Shown: piece by piece, positions 18,809-29,225 of the stretch | How the letters are laid out: every line of letters begins with the position of its first letter | Numbering within the stretch: position 1 is the first letter of the stretch | From: Verrucomicrobiota bacterium | GTDB taxonomy: Bacteria > Verrucomicrobiota > Verrucomicrobiia > Limisphaerales > AAA164-E04 | NCBI GenBank assembly: GCA_047947115.1 | Contig: CP170459.1 | Coordinates: 512,001 to 576,000, forward strand | Direction: 5' to 3' | DNA: 64,000 bases | Made by a program: the position numbers and the translations under genes | The notes under the pieces: model-generated | What the model saw: only the letters and a program-made list of their open reading frames with translations | The model's database searches: none | What the model was told of the DNA's origin: nothing

Positions 18809-19951
18809 ATGGAACAACAACTCAAAAAAACATCTCTTTACGAACGCCACGTTTCCCACGGAGGAAAGATGGTACCATTCGGCGGCTGGGAAATGCCCGT
18901 TCAATATTCGGGCATCAAGGACGAACACCTAGCTGTCCGCAAACACGGTGGACTCTTTGACATCTGCCACATGGGGGAATTCAAGATCAGCGGACCTGCC
19001 GCTAAAACATTTCTAAACCACCTCCTTACCAACAACGTTGAAAAGCTTCAACCTGGTGACGGTCAATACTCTTTGATGTGCCTGGCAACAGGCGGTGTCG
19101 TGGATGATCTTTACCTTTATTGCCTGGAAACGGATGTTTACCTGATGATTGTCAATGCTTCCCGCCTGGACGCAGACTGGCAGTGGATGCAGAAAGCTTT
19201 GGAAGCAGGATCCATACAACCCGAGAACATCAGGTGTGAAGATCTTTCCAATCAACTGGGCGCTGTCGCGGTTCAAGGCCCCAAGGTACGTTCATGGATA
19301 GACAGCTGTTTCACCGCCATTGATCCAGGAAACAACGATTCACGCGTATCACAACTTAAAAAAAACCAGATAGGCGCGTTTCAATTTGAGAATCAAAAAG
19401 TATGGATCGGGGCGACCGGTTATACGGGGGAGGATGGATTTGAAGTCATTGCCTCAAATGACACGATCCCAGTTATTTGGGATATGCTATTGGCGAAAGG
19501 ACATGTCGGCTGCCTGCAACCGGCGGGCTTGGGCGCAAGGGACACGCTGAGAACAGAGATGTGCTACCCTCTCTATGGACACGAATTAACCACAGAAACC
19601 ACACCTATGGAGGCCGGGCTTGGATTTTTTGTGGATCTTGAAAAAGGCGACTTTATGGGTCGGGCCGCATTGTTGGCCCAAAAGGAGAAAGGTATCCAAC
19701 GACGCTGCGTCGCATTCCAAATGACGGGTCGTTCCGCTCCCCCTCGCCCCGATTACCCCGTTCTTTCAGGTGATGGCGAGCGCATTGGCATTGTAACCAG
19801 CGGCACCTCCAGCCCTTCCTTGAACAATGGTATTGGAATGGCTTACATCAACACAGCGTCTGCCAAACCAGGACAAAACATTGCCATCGAAATCCGCGGA
19901 CGCAGCTTTCCGGCAGAAATTGTAAAAAAACCCATTTACCGCAGAGCCTGA
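18809..19951 (+). CDS. gcvT: Glycine cleavage system aminomethyltransferase T
   Basis: MVPFGGWEMPVQY, LFDICHMG, TGYTGEDGFE, GLGARDTLRTE. Confidence 0.95.
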   Translation: MEQQLKKTSLYERHVSHGGKMVPFGGWEMPVQYSGIKDEHLAVRKHGGLFDICHMGEFKISGPAAKTFLNHLLTNNVEKLQPGDGQYSLMCLATGGVVDDLYLYCLETDVYLMIVNASRLDADWQWMQKALEAGSIQPENIRCEDLSNQLGAVAVQGPKVRSWIDSCFTAIDPGNNDSRVSQLKKNQIGAFQFENQKVWIGATGYTGEDGFEVIASNDTIPVIWDMLLAKGHVGCLQPAGLGARDTLRTEMCYPLYGHELTTETTPMEAGLGFFVDLEKGDFMGRAALLAQKEKGIQRRCVAFQMTGRSAPPRPDYPVLSGDGERIGIVTSGTSSPSLNNGIGMAYINTASAKPGQNIAIEIRGRSFPAEIVKKPIYRRA

Positions 19952-19993
19952 TCTCTCTAGAATCCGGCCACAAATTTTAAGACAGAGATTCAT

Positions 19994-20380
19994 ATGAGTT
20001 CACAGATTCCAGACACGTTAAAGTACGCCAAAACGCACGAATGGGTAAAAGTGGATGGTGACACCGCCACCGTGGGCATCACGGATCATGCGCAAGCGGA
20101 GTTGACCGAGCTGGTATTCGTGGAACTCCCCGCCGTTGGCCGAGCACTTCAAGCAGGTGAAGCCTGTGCCGTCGTGGAATCGGTCAAAACCGCCAGCGAC
20201 ATCTATTCGCCTGTCTCCGGGGAAGTGATTGAAGTCAACGAATCACTGGCCGATGAACCAGGAGCGGTGAACAATGATCCCTACAACGAGGGATGGTTCT
20301 TCAAGGTGCGCATGTCCGACTCCTCGACACCTGATGGCTTGCTGTGCGCAGAAGATTATAAGGCCTTGATTGGCGAGTAG
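19994..20380 (+). CDS. gcvH: Glycine cleavage system H protein
   Basis: [11 protein letters not shown], lipoyl site [18 protein letters not shown]. Confidence 0.95.
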   Translation: MSSQIPDTLKYAKTHEWVKVDGDTATVGITDHAQAELTELVFVELPAVGRALQAGEACAVVESVKTASDIYSPVSGEVIEVNESLADEPGAVNNDPYNEGWFFKVRMSDSSTPDGLLCAEDYKALIGE

Positions 20381-20398
20381 CCCCCGAGGCTTCCCTTG

Positions 20399-21742
20399 CT
20401 ATTCTTTTCTGAATAGCACAATCCGGTTGGAATTAGTGCCTTTGCTATTATTGTCCACCCCCCAGCAGTTGGCGGTTTTGGTAAACTGCTGGGCGTTGAC
20501 CATCACAAATAACGGGATCAACCCAGCCTGATCACCGCATCGCAAGACGGATTCCTCCAGCTTCATCTTGCCTTTGCGGACTTCTCCCACCTCAAAGGCT
20601 ATGTGGCCACCGGGTTTCAATACCCGCGTCAATTCGACAAACACGCGTGTCATGGTTTCTTCCCAAACACTCAATTTACCGGACATCGTGATCTTCAACG
20701 CCTTGGCATCCAACCCGATAAACCAGCACCTAAGCCAGTTGTCCGTCACATAATCCACCACATCCAGAAAGGGGGGCGATGTAACCACCAAGGATACGGA
20801 AGAGGAAGCGATGGAGTCTGTATGATCAGCCAGGGCGATAACCATTTTGGATCTGAAAGCCACTTCATGGAGATTTCGGTTCTCACTGGCCGTCAAATCT
20901 TTGAGAAGCGACTTGGATTTCTTCAGGATAATCGCCGGCACATCCCTGGGAAGCGGCATCTGGTTCCTCCGTTCATTGATTCGTTTCTGGGACTGAACCG
21001 AAACCGCCTGGTTGGGAGGAAGCGAATAAACCGAGAAAAACCCCGCAGAATGACCCGTCAATCGATTGATGGCCACCAATCGAATCCAAGCATCGATGGC
21101 ATCAAGCTTCCCCTTGGATTCTCTTTTAATCAGATAGTCCCGCAGAGCACAAATAGACCGAAGCGTATCCGGATGGTAAAAAACCAGCAAATCCTTCGGA
21201 ATTTCCCCTTTATAATCCCAGATCAAAGACTTCAAACGCTCCTGAACCTCACTCAAGTCTGGAGGCGTCAACCTCGGTAAAAGCAGTCTTTCACTCAGCG
21301 GATTGATATCGCATCCATACGGAATTCTTCCCTTCAATGCGGCTTCCAGCGGAGTCGTACCCCTTCCCATGAACGGATCGTAGACGATATCCCCCTTGGC
21401 AGTCAGACGATCAATAAAAAAAGCTGGCAGCTGAGGTTTGAAACAGGCTCTGTAAGAGATTTCATGCAATGAATGGGCCTGCCTCTGTCTTGCAGTCCAA
21501 AATTCGTTGAGATACAAAGGTACCTCGGCTTTCCCTCCATCTGATTTCACATAGCGAGAAACCTCGCAAATCGTGTCTTTTCCAAATTCCCTGAATGCCA
21601 GAATTTGCTGTTTCAGATCGTGACTGGCCAAATCAACAACCATTTGTTCCAACTCCTTTACCTTTGCCTTTTTTTTCGGCAGGGGTTTTTGGGTGAAATC
21701 AAATTCCGGATGATTGAGGGGTTTTTTTCTATTCAAGTCCAA
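20399..21742 (-). CDS. Orphan amino-DNA methyltransferase (N4-C/N6-A)
   Basis: Motif I YDPFMGRGTT precedes motif IV VTSPPF; no nuclease gene adjacent; TTG start. Confidence 0.8.
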   Translation of the reverse strand: MDLNRKKPLNHPEFDFTQKPLPKKKAKVKELEQMVVDLASHDLKQQILAFREFGKDTICEVSRYVKSDGGKAEVPLYLNEFWTARQRQAHSLHEISYRACFKPQLPAFFIDRLTAKGDIVYDPFMGRGTTPLEAALKGRIPYGCDINPLSERLLLPRLTPPDLSEVQERLKSLIWDYKGEIPKDLLVFYHPDTLRSICALRDYLIKRESKGKLDAIDAWIRLVAINRLTGHSAGFFSVYSLPPNQAVSVQSQKRINERRNQMPLPRDVPAIILKKSKSLLKDLTASENRNLHEVAFRSKMVIALADHTDSIASSSVSLVVTSPPFLDVVDYVTDNWLRCWFIGLDAKALKITMSGKLSVWEETMTRVFVELTRVLKPGGHIAFEVGEVRKGKMKLEESVLRCGDQAGLIPLFVMVNAQQFTKTANCWGVDNNSKGTNSNRIVLFRKE

Positions 21743-21757
21743 TTCCTGTTGTGAAAA

Positions 21758-22669
21758 CTAAATATTGGGCCCACTCAGCTCTGCTGCGGATGGGCTGGTC
21801 CACCGCTCGCCCGCTTTCAACACTTTGTAGGATTGATGAATGGCTTCGCAAGCCTCCACAAACGCCTTTGGAGATTCGGTATTAAAATCGAACATTTCAT
21901 AGTGACATGGTATAACGCACCCGGCGCCAATATCCTTGGCCAATTGGGCCGCCTCCCTTCCCCACATATTGCCGGAGACTCGACGTTCAGGGCGACTTCC
22001 ATTGATAGGCAATAGTGCAAGGTCAATCGACCACTGATGCAAGAGCATTTCCATGCCGTCATAAACCACCGTGTCACCGCTGTGATAAACCGTCCAAGGA
22101 CCAAACTTAACGACGTATCCCAAGTACTTATGTCGCCCGTATTCATCACGATCCAGATTCTCGTGAGCCGCCGGAATGGCGTGTATTTCGAAAGGAGGAA
22201 AGCACATGAACGATCCGGCGGTCAGCCCATGAGGCCATTCCACGGATACTTCCAGTCGATCTGCCACAAAAGCCCGGTTGGCTTCAGGAATCACCATTTG
22301 GACACCGGGTGAGAATTCAATCAACGGCACAAGGGTTTCCTTATCCAGATGGTCGGTGTGGTTATGACTGGAAGTCACAATATCAATAAATGTCAGACGC
22401 TCCGGAGCCACAACACGTTCCGTCATGCGAACGTGAGGCTTATCAGTCTGGGCATATTTCCGGGTCAATGAATCAGACAGGTACGGATCGAACAACAAGT
22501 GCCTACCCTGCCAGCAGAGCAAGAATCCGCTCTGACCAAGCCACCAGACATGAAAGTGATCGTTGTCGTGTTCGACCGATGAAATATCCGAGATCAAATC
22601 TTCATCCTGTAGAACAGGCTTAATCAATGCGCCACTCATGAACCGTTTTCTGTTGGAAAGTGATTTCAA
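21758..22669 (-). CDS. MBL-fold metallo-hydrolase (UlaG-like)
   Basis: WWLGQSG, DPYLS, SHNHTDHLD, YHSGDT, PCHY. Confidence 0.85.
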   Translation of the reverse strand: MKSLSNRKRFMSGALIKPVLQDEDLISDISSVEHDNDHFHVWWLGQSGFLLCWQGRHLLFDPYLSDSLTRKYAQTDKPHVRMTERVVAPERLTFIDIVTSSHNHTDHLDKETLVPLIEFSPGVQMVIPEANRAFVADRLEVSVEWPHGLTAGSFMCFPPFEIHAIPAAHENLDRDEYGRHKYLGYVVKFGPWTVYHSGDTVVYDGMEMLLHQWSIDLALLPINGSRPERRVSGNMWGREAAQLAKDIGAGCVIPCHYEMFDFNTESPKAFVEACEAIHQSYKVLKAGERWTSPSAAELSGPNI

Positions 22670-23697
22670 ATAGAACTCCGAACCCTCATGACACCATCAA
22701 CCATGTTCCGAAGTTTTTTTCTGGCTGCCCAACGCGCAGTCTGACTGAGCCCACAATCGGGTGCGAAAGAAAGTCGATCAGCCGTAGCATACCTCAAACA
22801 GGCTTTGACGCGATCGGCGACGTTTTCCGAAGTCTCGATATAGTAACTCTTCACATCCACCACCCCGACGGCAACATCACAACGTTTGGAGATAGTTTCC
22901 AGTATCTCAAGTTCGGCGAATTCCCGGTTGGCCATTTCCACATGGATTTCATCAACCTTCATGTCCAGAAACTCCGGAAACATCGGCGCATACTGACGCC
23001 ACCCCACAGCATGCCCCTTGAAATTACCGAAGCAAAAATGCGTTGAAAGATGGCATTTTCCCACCACGCCCTCCACCGTGCGGTTGAAGATATCTACCAG
23101 ACGCTTCTTATCTTCCTTGTAGGCATAACAGCTCATGGAAGGCTCATCGACGGTCAATTCCCGACAACCGGCCGCCACAAGGTCTTCCAATTCCTTTCGC
23201 ACCAAAGGAAGCAGGGCTTCGGTGATAGCATAACGATCCTGATATTGTTTGTTCGGCAACAATCGCCCACTCAGGGTGAAAGGACCGGGAACACTGGCCT
23301 TCAAAGTCGGTCCATCTGAGGGTGCAAGGCGCTGAAATCGAACAAAGTCTTCGACCGCTCCCAATCCCTTGGGGGCGGCGAGTTCTCCGGAAATGGCGTG
23401 CTTTCCTCGTTGATCATGCGCGGGAGGACCAAATCGACGGGGACTTTCCCCTTCCAACTCAATACCATCAAGAAATCCATAAAAAGACAGGTTGAAATCC
23501 AACCGCGTCTGCTCACCGTCCGTAATCACATCCAATCCCGCCTGCAACTGATCCTGTATGGCGACCGCGACAGCGTCATCGATCATTTCTTCCCTGTCCG
23601 CGGAACCGAACGCGTCCAGGTTTCGACTGGCGAATTCAAGCCAGGACGGAAATGGATAGCTTCCAATAACGGTTGTTCTCAATGGTTGATCTTTCAT
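22666..23697 (-). CDS. Cobalamin-independent methionine synthase II (single-domain MetE-like) family protein
   Basis: TTVIGSYP, DGEQTR, VDEP, Zn ligands HFC...E...PDCG. Confidence 0.85.
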   Translation of the reverse strand: MKDQPLRTTVIGSYPFPSWLEFASRNLDAFGSADREEMIDDAVAVAIQDQLQAGLDVITDGEQTRLDFNLSFYGFLDGIELEGESPRRFGPPAHDQRGKHAISGELAAPKGLGAVEDFVRFQRLAPSDGPTLKASVPGPFTLSGRLLPNKQYQDRYAITEALLPLVRKELEDLVAAGCRELTVDEPSMSCYAYKEDKKRLVDIFNRTVEGVVGKCHLSTHFCFGNFKGHAVGWRQYAPMFPEFLDMKVDEIHVEMANREFAELEILETISKRCDVAVGVVDVKSYYIETSENVADRVKACLRYATADRLSFAPDCGLSQTARWAARKKLRNMVDGVMRVRSSI

Positions 23698-23711
23698 GAC
23701 ATTCTTATCCT

Positions 23712-24497
23712 TTATTTTCCCAAGTCTGCAAAAAGCTGCGCGATACGGCGACCATGTTCATCGTAGGCGGCCTCAAATAACTGAGTGGCTCTTTCACCAC
23801 CCACGACCGCTGCAGCGGTCAAGACCTTGGGCGGATGTCCGGCTCGTGTCAATCGATCTGCCACTTCTGCTTTGATGCAGTTAATCAGCAGGCAACCTCC
23901 CACCGTGCTCCCGGGCGAAACAGGTGTCTCAAGTCCATCGATGGAAACCATAGCATCCCCAACCGGAGCGCCAGTATCCAATTCTATGTCCGAAAGGTCG
24001 GACAGCTTGAGTCCTCCGGGGTGTTTGCTCTTACTGGCATGAGAATGTTCACGGCTGACCATTCCAACCACCTTCACCCCTCGTTTGCGAAACCCTTCGG
24101 CCATTTCAACAGGCACAACATTGCAACCGGAAGAAGAAATCACCATGGCGGAATCCTCCGACTTGATATCAAAATTCCGCAAAATTCGATCCGCCAACCC
24201 AGACACGTTCTCAAGAAACATGGCCTGACGCTGCCCATTGGACCCCACAACGTCGTGATGATAGGTGAGGGACAGTTCCACAATGGGATGAAAACCAGGA
24301 AACGAACCATATCGAGGCCACATTTCCTCCACCATGATACGACTGTGCCCTGAACCAAAAAGATGGACCATTCGACCAGACAGAATGGTTGCTGCAAACA
24401 AATCGGCCACCTCCCGTATGGTGTCCATTTGATTGGAGACGATCTCCCAAATATGACGGGCTGATGACAAGTACCGTTCACCACTCGTTTCAGACAT
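23712..24497 (-). CDS. SIS-domain sugar isomerase-like protein
   Basis: HLFGSGHS, ISSSGCN, DTGAPVGDA. Confidence 0.85.
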   Translation of the reverse strand: MSETSGERYLSSARHIWEIVSNQMDTIREVADLFAATILSGRMVHLFGSGHSRIMVEEMWPRYGSFPGFHPIVELSLTYHHDVVGSNGQRQAMFLENVSGLADRILRNFDIKSEDSAMVISSSGCNVVPVEMAEGFRKRGVKVVGMVSREHSHASKSKHPGGLKLSDLSDIELDTGAPVGDAMVSIDGLETPVSPGSTVGGCLLINCIKAEVADRLTRAGHPPKVLTAAAVVGGERATQLFEAAYDEHGRRIAQLFADLGK

Positions 24498-24536
24498 GAA
24501 TCTCTCTTTGAAGTTGAAAATTGATTTTGGAATCCC

Positions 24537-25289
24537 TTAACGAGAATGACTCAGGAACCACTCGTAAAGCTTGGGATTGCTGTAAGTCTCGGTCCACGAA
24601 TTATGGCCGGCATCCGGGTAGATGGTCAGTTGAATATTTCCTTCAACCCGATCCCGAATCATGGCGACCAGACGTTCGCTTTCCTCAGGCAGCACCACAG
24701 TGTCTTTGCCTCCATGAAAAACCCAGATGGGTAACGATTGCAACGCTTCACGAGATTTGGGCAACAAAAAATCCCGAGTATTCCCACCTCCACAAATGGG
24801 AACAGCAGCGGCAAATCGCTCAGGAGCTTTACCGATCAAGTTCCAAGTCCCAAAACCACCCATGCTCAGCCCTGTCACGTAAATTCGCTTTTCGTCGATC
24901 CTCAATCGATGTGTCACGTCATCCAATAACGCCAACAATGCATCCGCGTCCCAAACGGTTCCTGTCGGGCATTGAGGAGAAATCACGACAAAAGGGAAAT
25001 CTGGCTTGGATTCGACTATCATGGGAGGACCGTGCACCTTCACCTTGTTCAAGTCATCTCCCCGCTCACCCGCTCCATGCAGGAACAAGATCAACGGCCA
25101 TTCTTTTTCCTGATCCTCATCATAACTGGCAGGAAGAAACTGCAGGTATCGATAACCCACTTTTTTGGAGACTACTCCTTCAAAAGAATGAGCGGATTGT
25201 GCCGCTGTCTCAGCCTTTAACGACCCACTGGAATGCGTCACTCCGATGAGACTTATCAAGCAAACCAACCATTTCAAAACGGATTTCAT
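24537..25289 (-). CDS. Secreted alpha/beta hydrolase (esterase/peptidase S9-like)
   Basis: Signal peptide; LFLHGAGERG, TGLSMGG nucleophile, FHGGKD, AGHNSW. Confidence 0.85.
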   Translation of the reverse strand: MKSVLKWLVCLISLIGVTHSSGSLKAETAAQSAHSFEGVVSKKVGYRYLQFLPASYDEDQEKEWPLILFLHGAGERGDDLNKVKVHGPPMIVESKPDFPFVVISPQCPTGTVWDADALLALLDDVTHRLRIDEKRIYVTGLSMGGFGTWNLIGKAPERFAAAVPICGGGNTRDFLLPKSREALQSLPIWVFHGGKDTVVLPEESERLVAMIRDRVEGNIQLTIYPDAGHNSWTETYSNPKLYEWFLSHSR

Positions 25290-25591
25290 GCTTCCTTGAT
25301 CTCTTAAACCACCCCGCAAGTCAAGCTCCTGCGATCCCACTGACAAATGCGTCAACCTATCCTGCTTTCTGGTTTCGTGTGGCTCGACGGAAGGAAAGCG
25401 TTCGCACAGCACTAATTTCCAAAGAACTGCTCAATCGAAAAAATCTTTGGTGCAAGCAGCAAAAACAAGTAACCGACGAAGGGAATGACAAGTCAACACA
25501 TCATAAGTGGGGGCATTTTGCCCTGAGAATGACACTAAAAGGGGCTTTTAGATGGCACCGGAAATGCTAGACGCTGGACTGAATTATCAAC

Positions 25592-26280
25592 ATGACTGAG
25601 ATGTCAAAAACCAAAGAACAACAGGTAAGACAAGAAATGGTCTTAGACCGTGGAACCGGAAAGCAGCGTCCCTTTGCCGATGGGCTCATAGCCTCAAGCG
25701 CGCCACTCAATTGGCAGGGAATACTGGTGGAGCAACACCGGCTCAACCAGTATGATGCCAGTGACATTATGTGGTTTAATCACGTTGTCACATTGCACCT
25801 TGGTCCGCCTGCAGAGGTTGAATTCAAGTCAAACGGCGACTATCAGACGACAAAATTAATGCCGGGGCAAATCTGCATTCGCCCAGCCATGAGCGTCAGT
25901 GCCGCCCGCACCAAGGAACCCGTGGAATTTGCAACCGTTTCACTGACTCCGGAGTTCATGTCTCTGGCGTGCTGCGATCTTTTCAAACTGGACACCATAC
26001 AATTGGAAATGAAAAGTGCCATCCATGATCCATACGCCGAAAGTGTTTGCCGGACCCTGCTTCAAGAGACCATCAAGGGAAGTCCCACCGGAAACCGCTA
26101 TGCTGAATCACTCGCAACCAGTCTGGCCGTCCACCTCGCCAGCCAGCATGGAGGGGGCGAAAGCCAGACACCACCACGAACAGGAGGTCTGACCGGCCCC
26201 CAGCTGAAGCGGGCAATTGGATACGTCCACGGCAACCTTTCAGCAAATGTATCCCTCAGAAACATGGCGGACACAGCGGG
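25592..26280 (+). pseudogene. AraC-family regulator, 5' part (interrupted by IS)
   Basis: AraC linker YAESLATSLAVHL and first HTH LRNMADTAG break at the IS boundary. Confidence 0.9.
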
Positions 26281-27751
26281 GAACGGTGTCAAAAAAGTCA
26301 ATCATAACTTCGCATATAAACGGATGAGATGAGCCGCCATGTCAATTAGGGGCTTTTCTAAAAAGAAAAATGATCTCAAGCACCGGATAAACTTTACGCT
26401 TCGCTTGGAGTAGCGCTGGACGCATTCGTACACCGTTGACCATTTTCTCCCGGCTTCTTTGGCAGCGTTTTTCATTGCTTCAAAGCGAATTTGACGTCGA
26501 CGAATTTCTGCTTCGTTGCTCACTCCGTAATCCTTTTCCAAATCATGCTCCATCAAGAGACAGAGGTTATGTGCCAGGCAAAGAAAGTTGGCTTGAATCT
26601 TCTTGGCCCGGACTGATCCGGCCCATGCCTTTTTCTCCTGAAGTGTATTTTTAAACTCATCGAATACCTTCTCAATATCCCAACGCATCCGATAGAGCTG
26701 TGCTAACAAACCTGGCGAAATCGTCAATTGGTTGGTGATCAAAACGTGTTCCTTCCCAGTTTGCGGATCGACACATACGATTCGTCGAAGAATGCTCTGG
26801 TTATTGACTATGATTTTTTCATCGGACGTGATTCCGTGATTGATACCATTTTCATGATCGACTTCCAGTTCATCCAGACATTCATAGGCAGTTCCGTCTT
26901 TCATGCGGGAAACGAAATAAATTCCACCTCGTGATTTCCACCAATCCCACTCATTGAAATCGATGGACGCAGAGTCATACACATAGAGAACTTTGCGTCC
27001 CGTCTTGGCACCCTGCCTGAGTGTTTCGATACCCATCCTTTTGAGGGCTCGCATGTCATGCTCATGCTTACGATGAACCTCATCGGCTGTATCCAGCAAC
27101 TTGATTGCATGGGATCTCAGATTCAGGGCGTAGAAGTAACCGGGAGCCCATTTCTTTTCATTCTTGCGTACTTCATGAGCCGAAGCACCATGCCAATGGC
27201 CATCAGCGGCATAGATGTCATATTTTTTTAGTTCCTCAAAATCCTGAAGAGGGTCATTAAGTTCTTTGGCTGCTTTAGCGCAAATACTATCATTTAATTC
27301 ATCGGCAAGAAGGAGGCGTCGGTTACTTTTGAGAGATTCGAAATAAAGCCCCACAGAAATATCACTCTGAAAGTGGGGGCCGTATTGCTGGAGAAACCCC
27401 CGGCCGCTGGGGGATTCCATAAGAATTCGGGTGACTCCTAATTCAAGCCAATGCTGGTCGGGTAATTCATTACATTGGCGAGTGTGAACAGCTCGATTCA
27501 AGGCGTCAAATAAAGGCTTGAAGAATGCTGTAAATATCTTATTATCAGTTAATAGAGCTCTTGGCATGAAAATTTTTTGGGGTCAGAGCGCTAGAGTCAA
27601 CTTTAATCGCACAAAAACCGGCTAAATTCTCTGTTTTAGAGCATTTTAATCATTTTGAAACCCTTGAAAAGAACCGAATCAGACAACTGAAACACATCGC
27701 AGGAACCCGGTTTCAGGCGGCAAATTTGGCTTCACTCTTTTGACACCGTTC
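26281..27751 (-). mobile_element. IS4-like insertion sequence, 1471 bp
   Basis: Terminal IRs GAACGGTGTCAAAA / TTTTGACACCGTTC; 8-bp TSD ACAGCGGG at 26273-26280 and 27752-27759. Confidence 0.92.
26302..27567 (-). CDS. DDE transposase (IS4 superfamily)
   Basis: ADG, VYD, and YREK-like YRMRWDIEKVF motif. Confidence 0.9.
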   Translation of the reverse strand: MPRALLTDNKIFTAFFKPLFDALNRAVHTRQCNELPDQHWLELGVTRILMESPSGRGFLQQYGPHFQSDISVGLYFESLKSNRRLLLADELNDSICAKAAKELNDPLQDFEELKKYDIYAADGHWHGASAHEVRKNEKKWAPGYFYALNLRSHAIKLLDTADEVHRKHEHDMRALKRMGIETLRQGAKTGRKVLYVYDSASIDFNEWDWWKSRGGIYFVSRMKDGTAYECLDELEVDHENGINHGITSDEKIIVNNQSILRRIVCVDPQTGKEHVLITNQLTISPGLLAQLYRMRWDIEKVFDEFKNTLQEKKAWAGSVRAKKIQANFLCLAHNLCLLMEHDLEKDYGVSNEAEIRRRQIRFEAMKNAAKEAGRKWSTVYECVQRYSKRSVKFIRCLRSFFFLEKPLIDMAAHLIRLYAKL

Positions 27752-27759
27752 ACAGCGGG

Positions 27760-28015
27760 CCTGAGTCCCTTCCACTTCGCCAGGCAGTTCAAAATCAGCA
27801 TGGGCTACTCCCCTTACCAATTTGTGCTCCGACAAAGAATCGAACGCGCCAAGCAATTGTTGATCCAGGGCGAGAAATCACTGGCGGAAATTGCGGTGGA
27901 AGTGGGGTTTTACGATCAAAGCCATTTCGCTCAACAATTCAAAAGGCATTGCGGCATCACTCCCAAAAAGTTTGCCAATAAAAGTGGTTACAAGAAACCG
28001 AGGGAGAAAAACTAA
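27760..28015 (+). pseudogene. AraC-family regulator, 3' part
   Basis: LSPFHFARQFK...LAEIAVEVGFYDQSHFAQQFKR; rejoins the 5' part in frame (314 aa) after removing the IS and one TSD copy. Confidence 0.9.
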
Positions 28016-28205
28016 TACGCGTTCAACCGAGATTTCGAACAATCCTCCACATCTCCTCTTTGTTCAGCAGCATCAAGCGTGACTGGAAACCAGCGCCCGA
28101 AAGATCAAATGATCCTCCGGGCGTTTTCCTTAGGTAAGCGTCTTCGTCCAGCCAATCATAAAAAAACACCGTCATACTGGGACAACGAAATATGCTCCCC
28201 CAAAA

Positions 28206-29225
28206 TCAGGGCACACACAAGTCACCCAAACAGATGTGTGAAACTCCGGGTCCCCACTGCGCTTCCATATCAAATCCTAAAAACGATACCGCCCCTCGGA
28301 ACGGCACGCTCTCATCCTCCGAGTCATAGAACAGTTCTCCGTCGGCGATGTTGATCGCCTGGTTGATAAATGGAGGAATGGCTGGAGCCGAAAGATTACC
28401 TATCGCGGAGGCAGACAAGCCAAACCGATCGGCCGCTATCGTCACTTCAAGATCACCTATGGCTGTTTCCTCCAAGTTGCGTGCCGCAAACGCCACCTGT
28501 CCGTTACCTCCGCTCAATCGGAAATAACGCTTGGCATCTTCCGCATCCTGTTGATCTCCCCCTGTCAAATCAATGCCGGCAAAGGAAAATGCATCAAACG
28601 GGAATGTTAAATCAAACTCTGGACGATCAATCGTCAAGGCAGGGATATTGACACCGGAAGAAGGCCAATCATCGTTGCCAATGATATCCAGTTTACCGGA
28701 GGCCAATCTTAGAGAATAATCACCCGTTAATGCATGATACTCCATTGTGGAAACGGAGTCCGTGCTTAGTCGGATCACACTGTTAAAATCAATATCCAGT
28801 GGCTGGATTTGCATAACCATGAGACCGTCAGAACCAGCAACCACTTCGCTCACAGTGACTGACTCTCCAAACAGTCCCAACACAAGATTACGGATACCCG
28901 CCTCGTAACCTCCAACAGTGCGCCTTACAAAGAGTCGCGGATTGTTTGAACCTGCTTTCATGGACATAAAACCATCCGACCACAGCGAACTGTTGGGAAT
29001 CAGATCCGTCACCTCAAACTCAAAATCATCGAAACTCGAGGTAAATTGATAGGGTTGATTATAAATCCACCCGTTGATGGGATCGCGGAACATCCGCAAT
29101 CGTCCATTAAAAGTAAATTGAATCCCATTGCGAGTATCTAACGTAAGCTGACTACCCGCTGCAAATTCGCAAATGTTCGCAATGAGAGGTGTATCAGTAT
29201 CCAAAGTCACATTGGCCACTGGGAT
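28206..29225 (-). pseudogene. C-terminal remnant of a large beta-rich (probably secreted) protein
   Basis: About 340 open codons, beta-rich, no signal peptide or credible start; begins out of frame inside a kinase fragment. Confidence 0.5.

Noticed and set aside
20399..22669. Restriction-modification or defence system (MTase plus MBL nuclease)
   Set aside because: The MBL protein looks like a UlaG-type metabolic hydrolase; no restriction endonuclease motif is seen nearby
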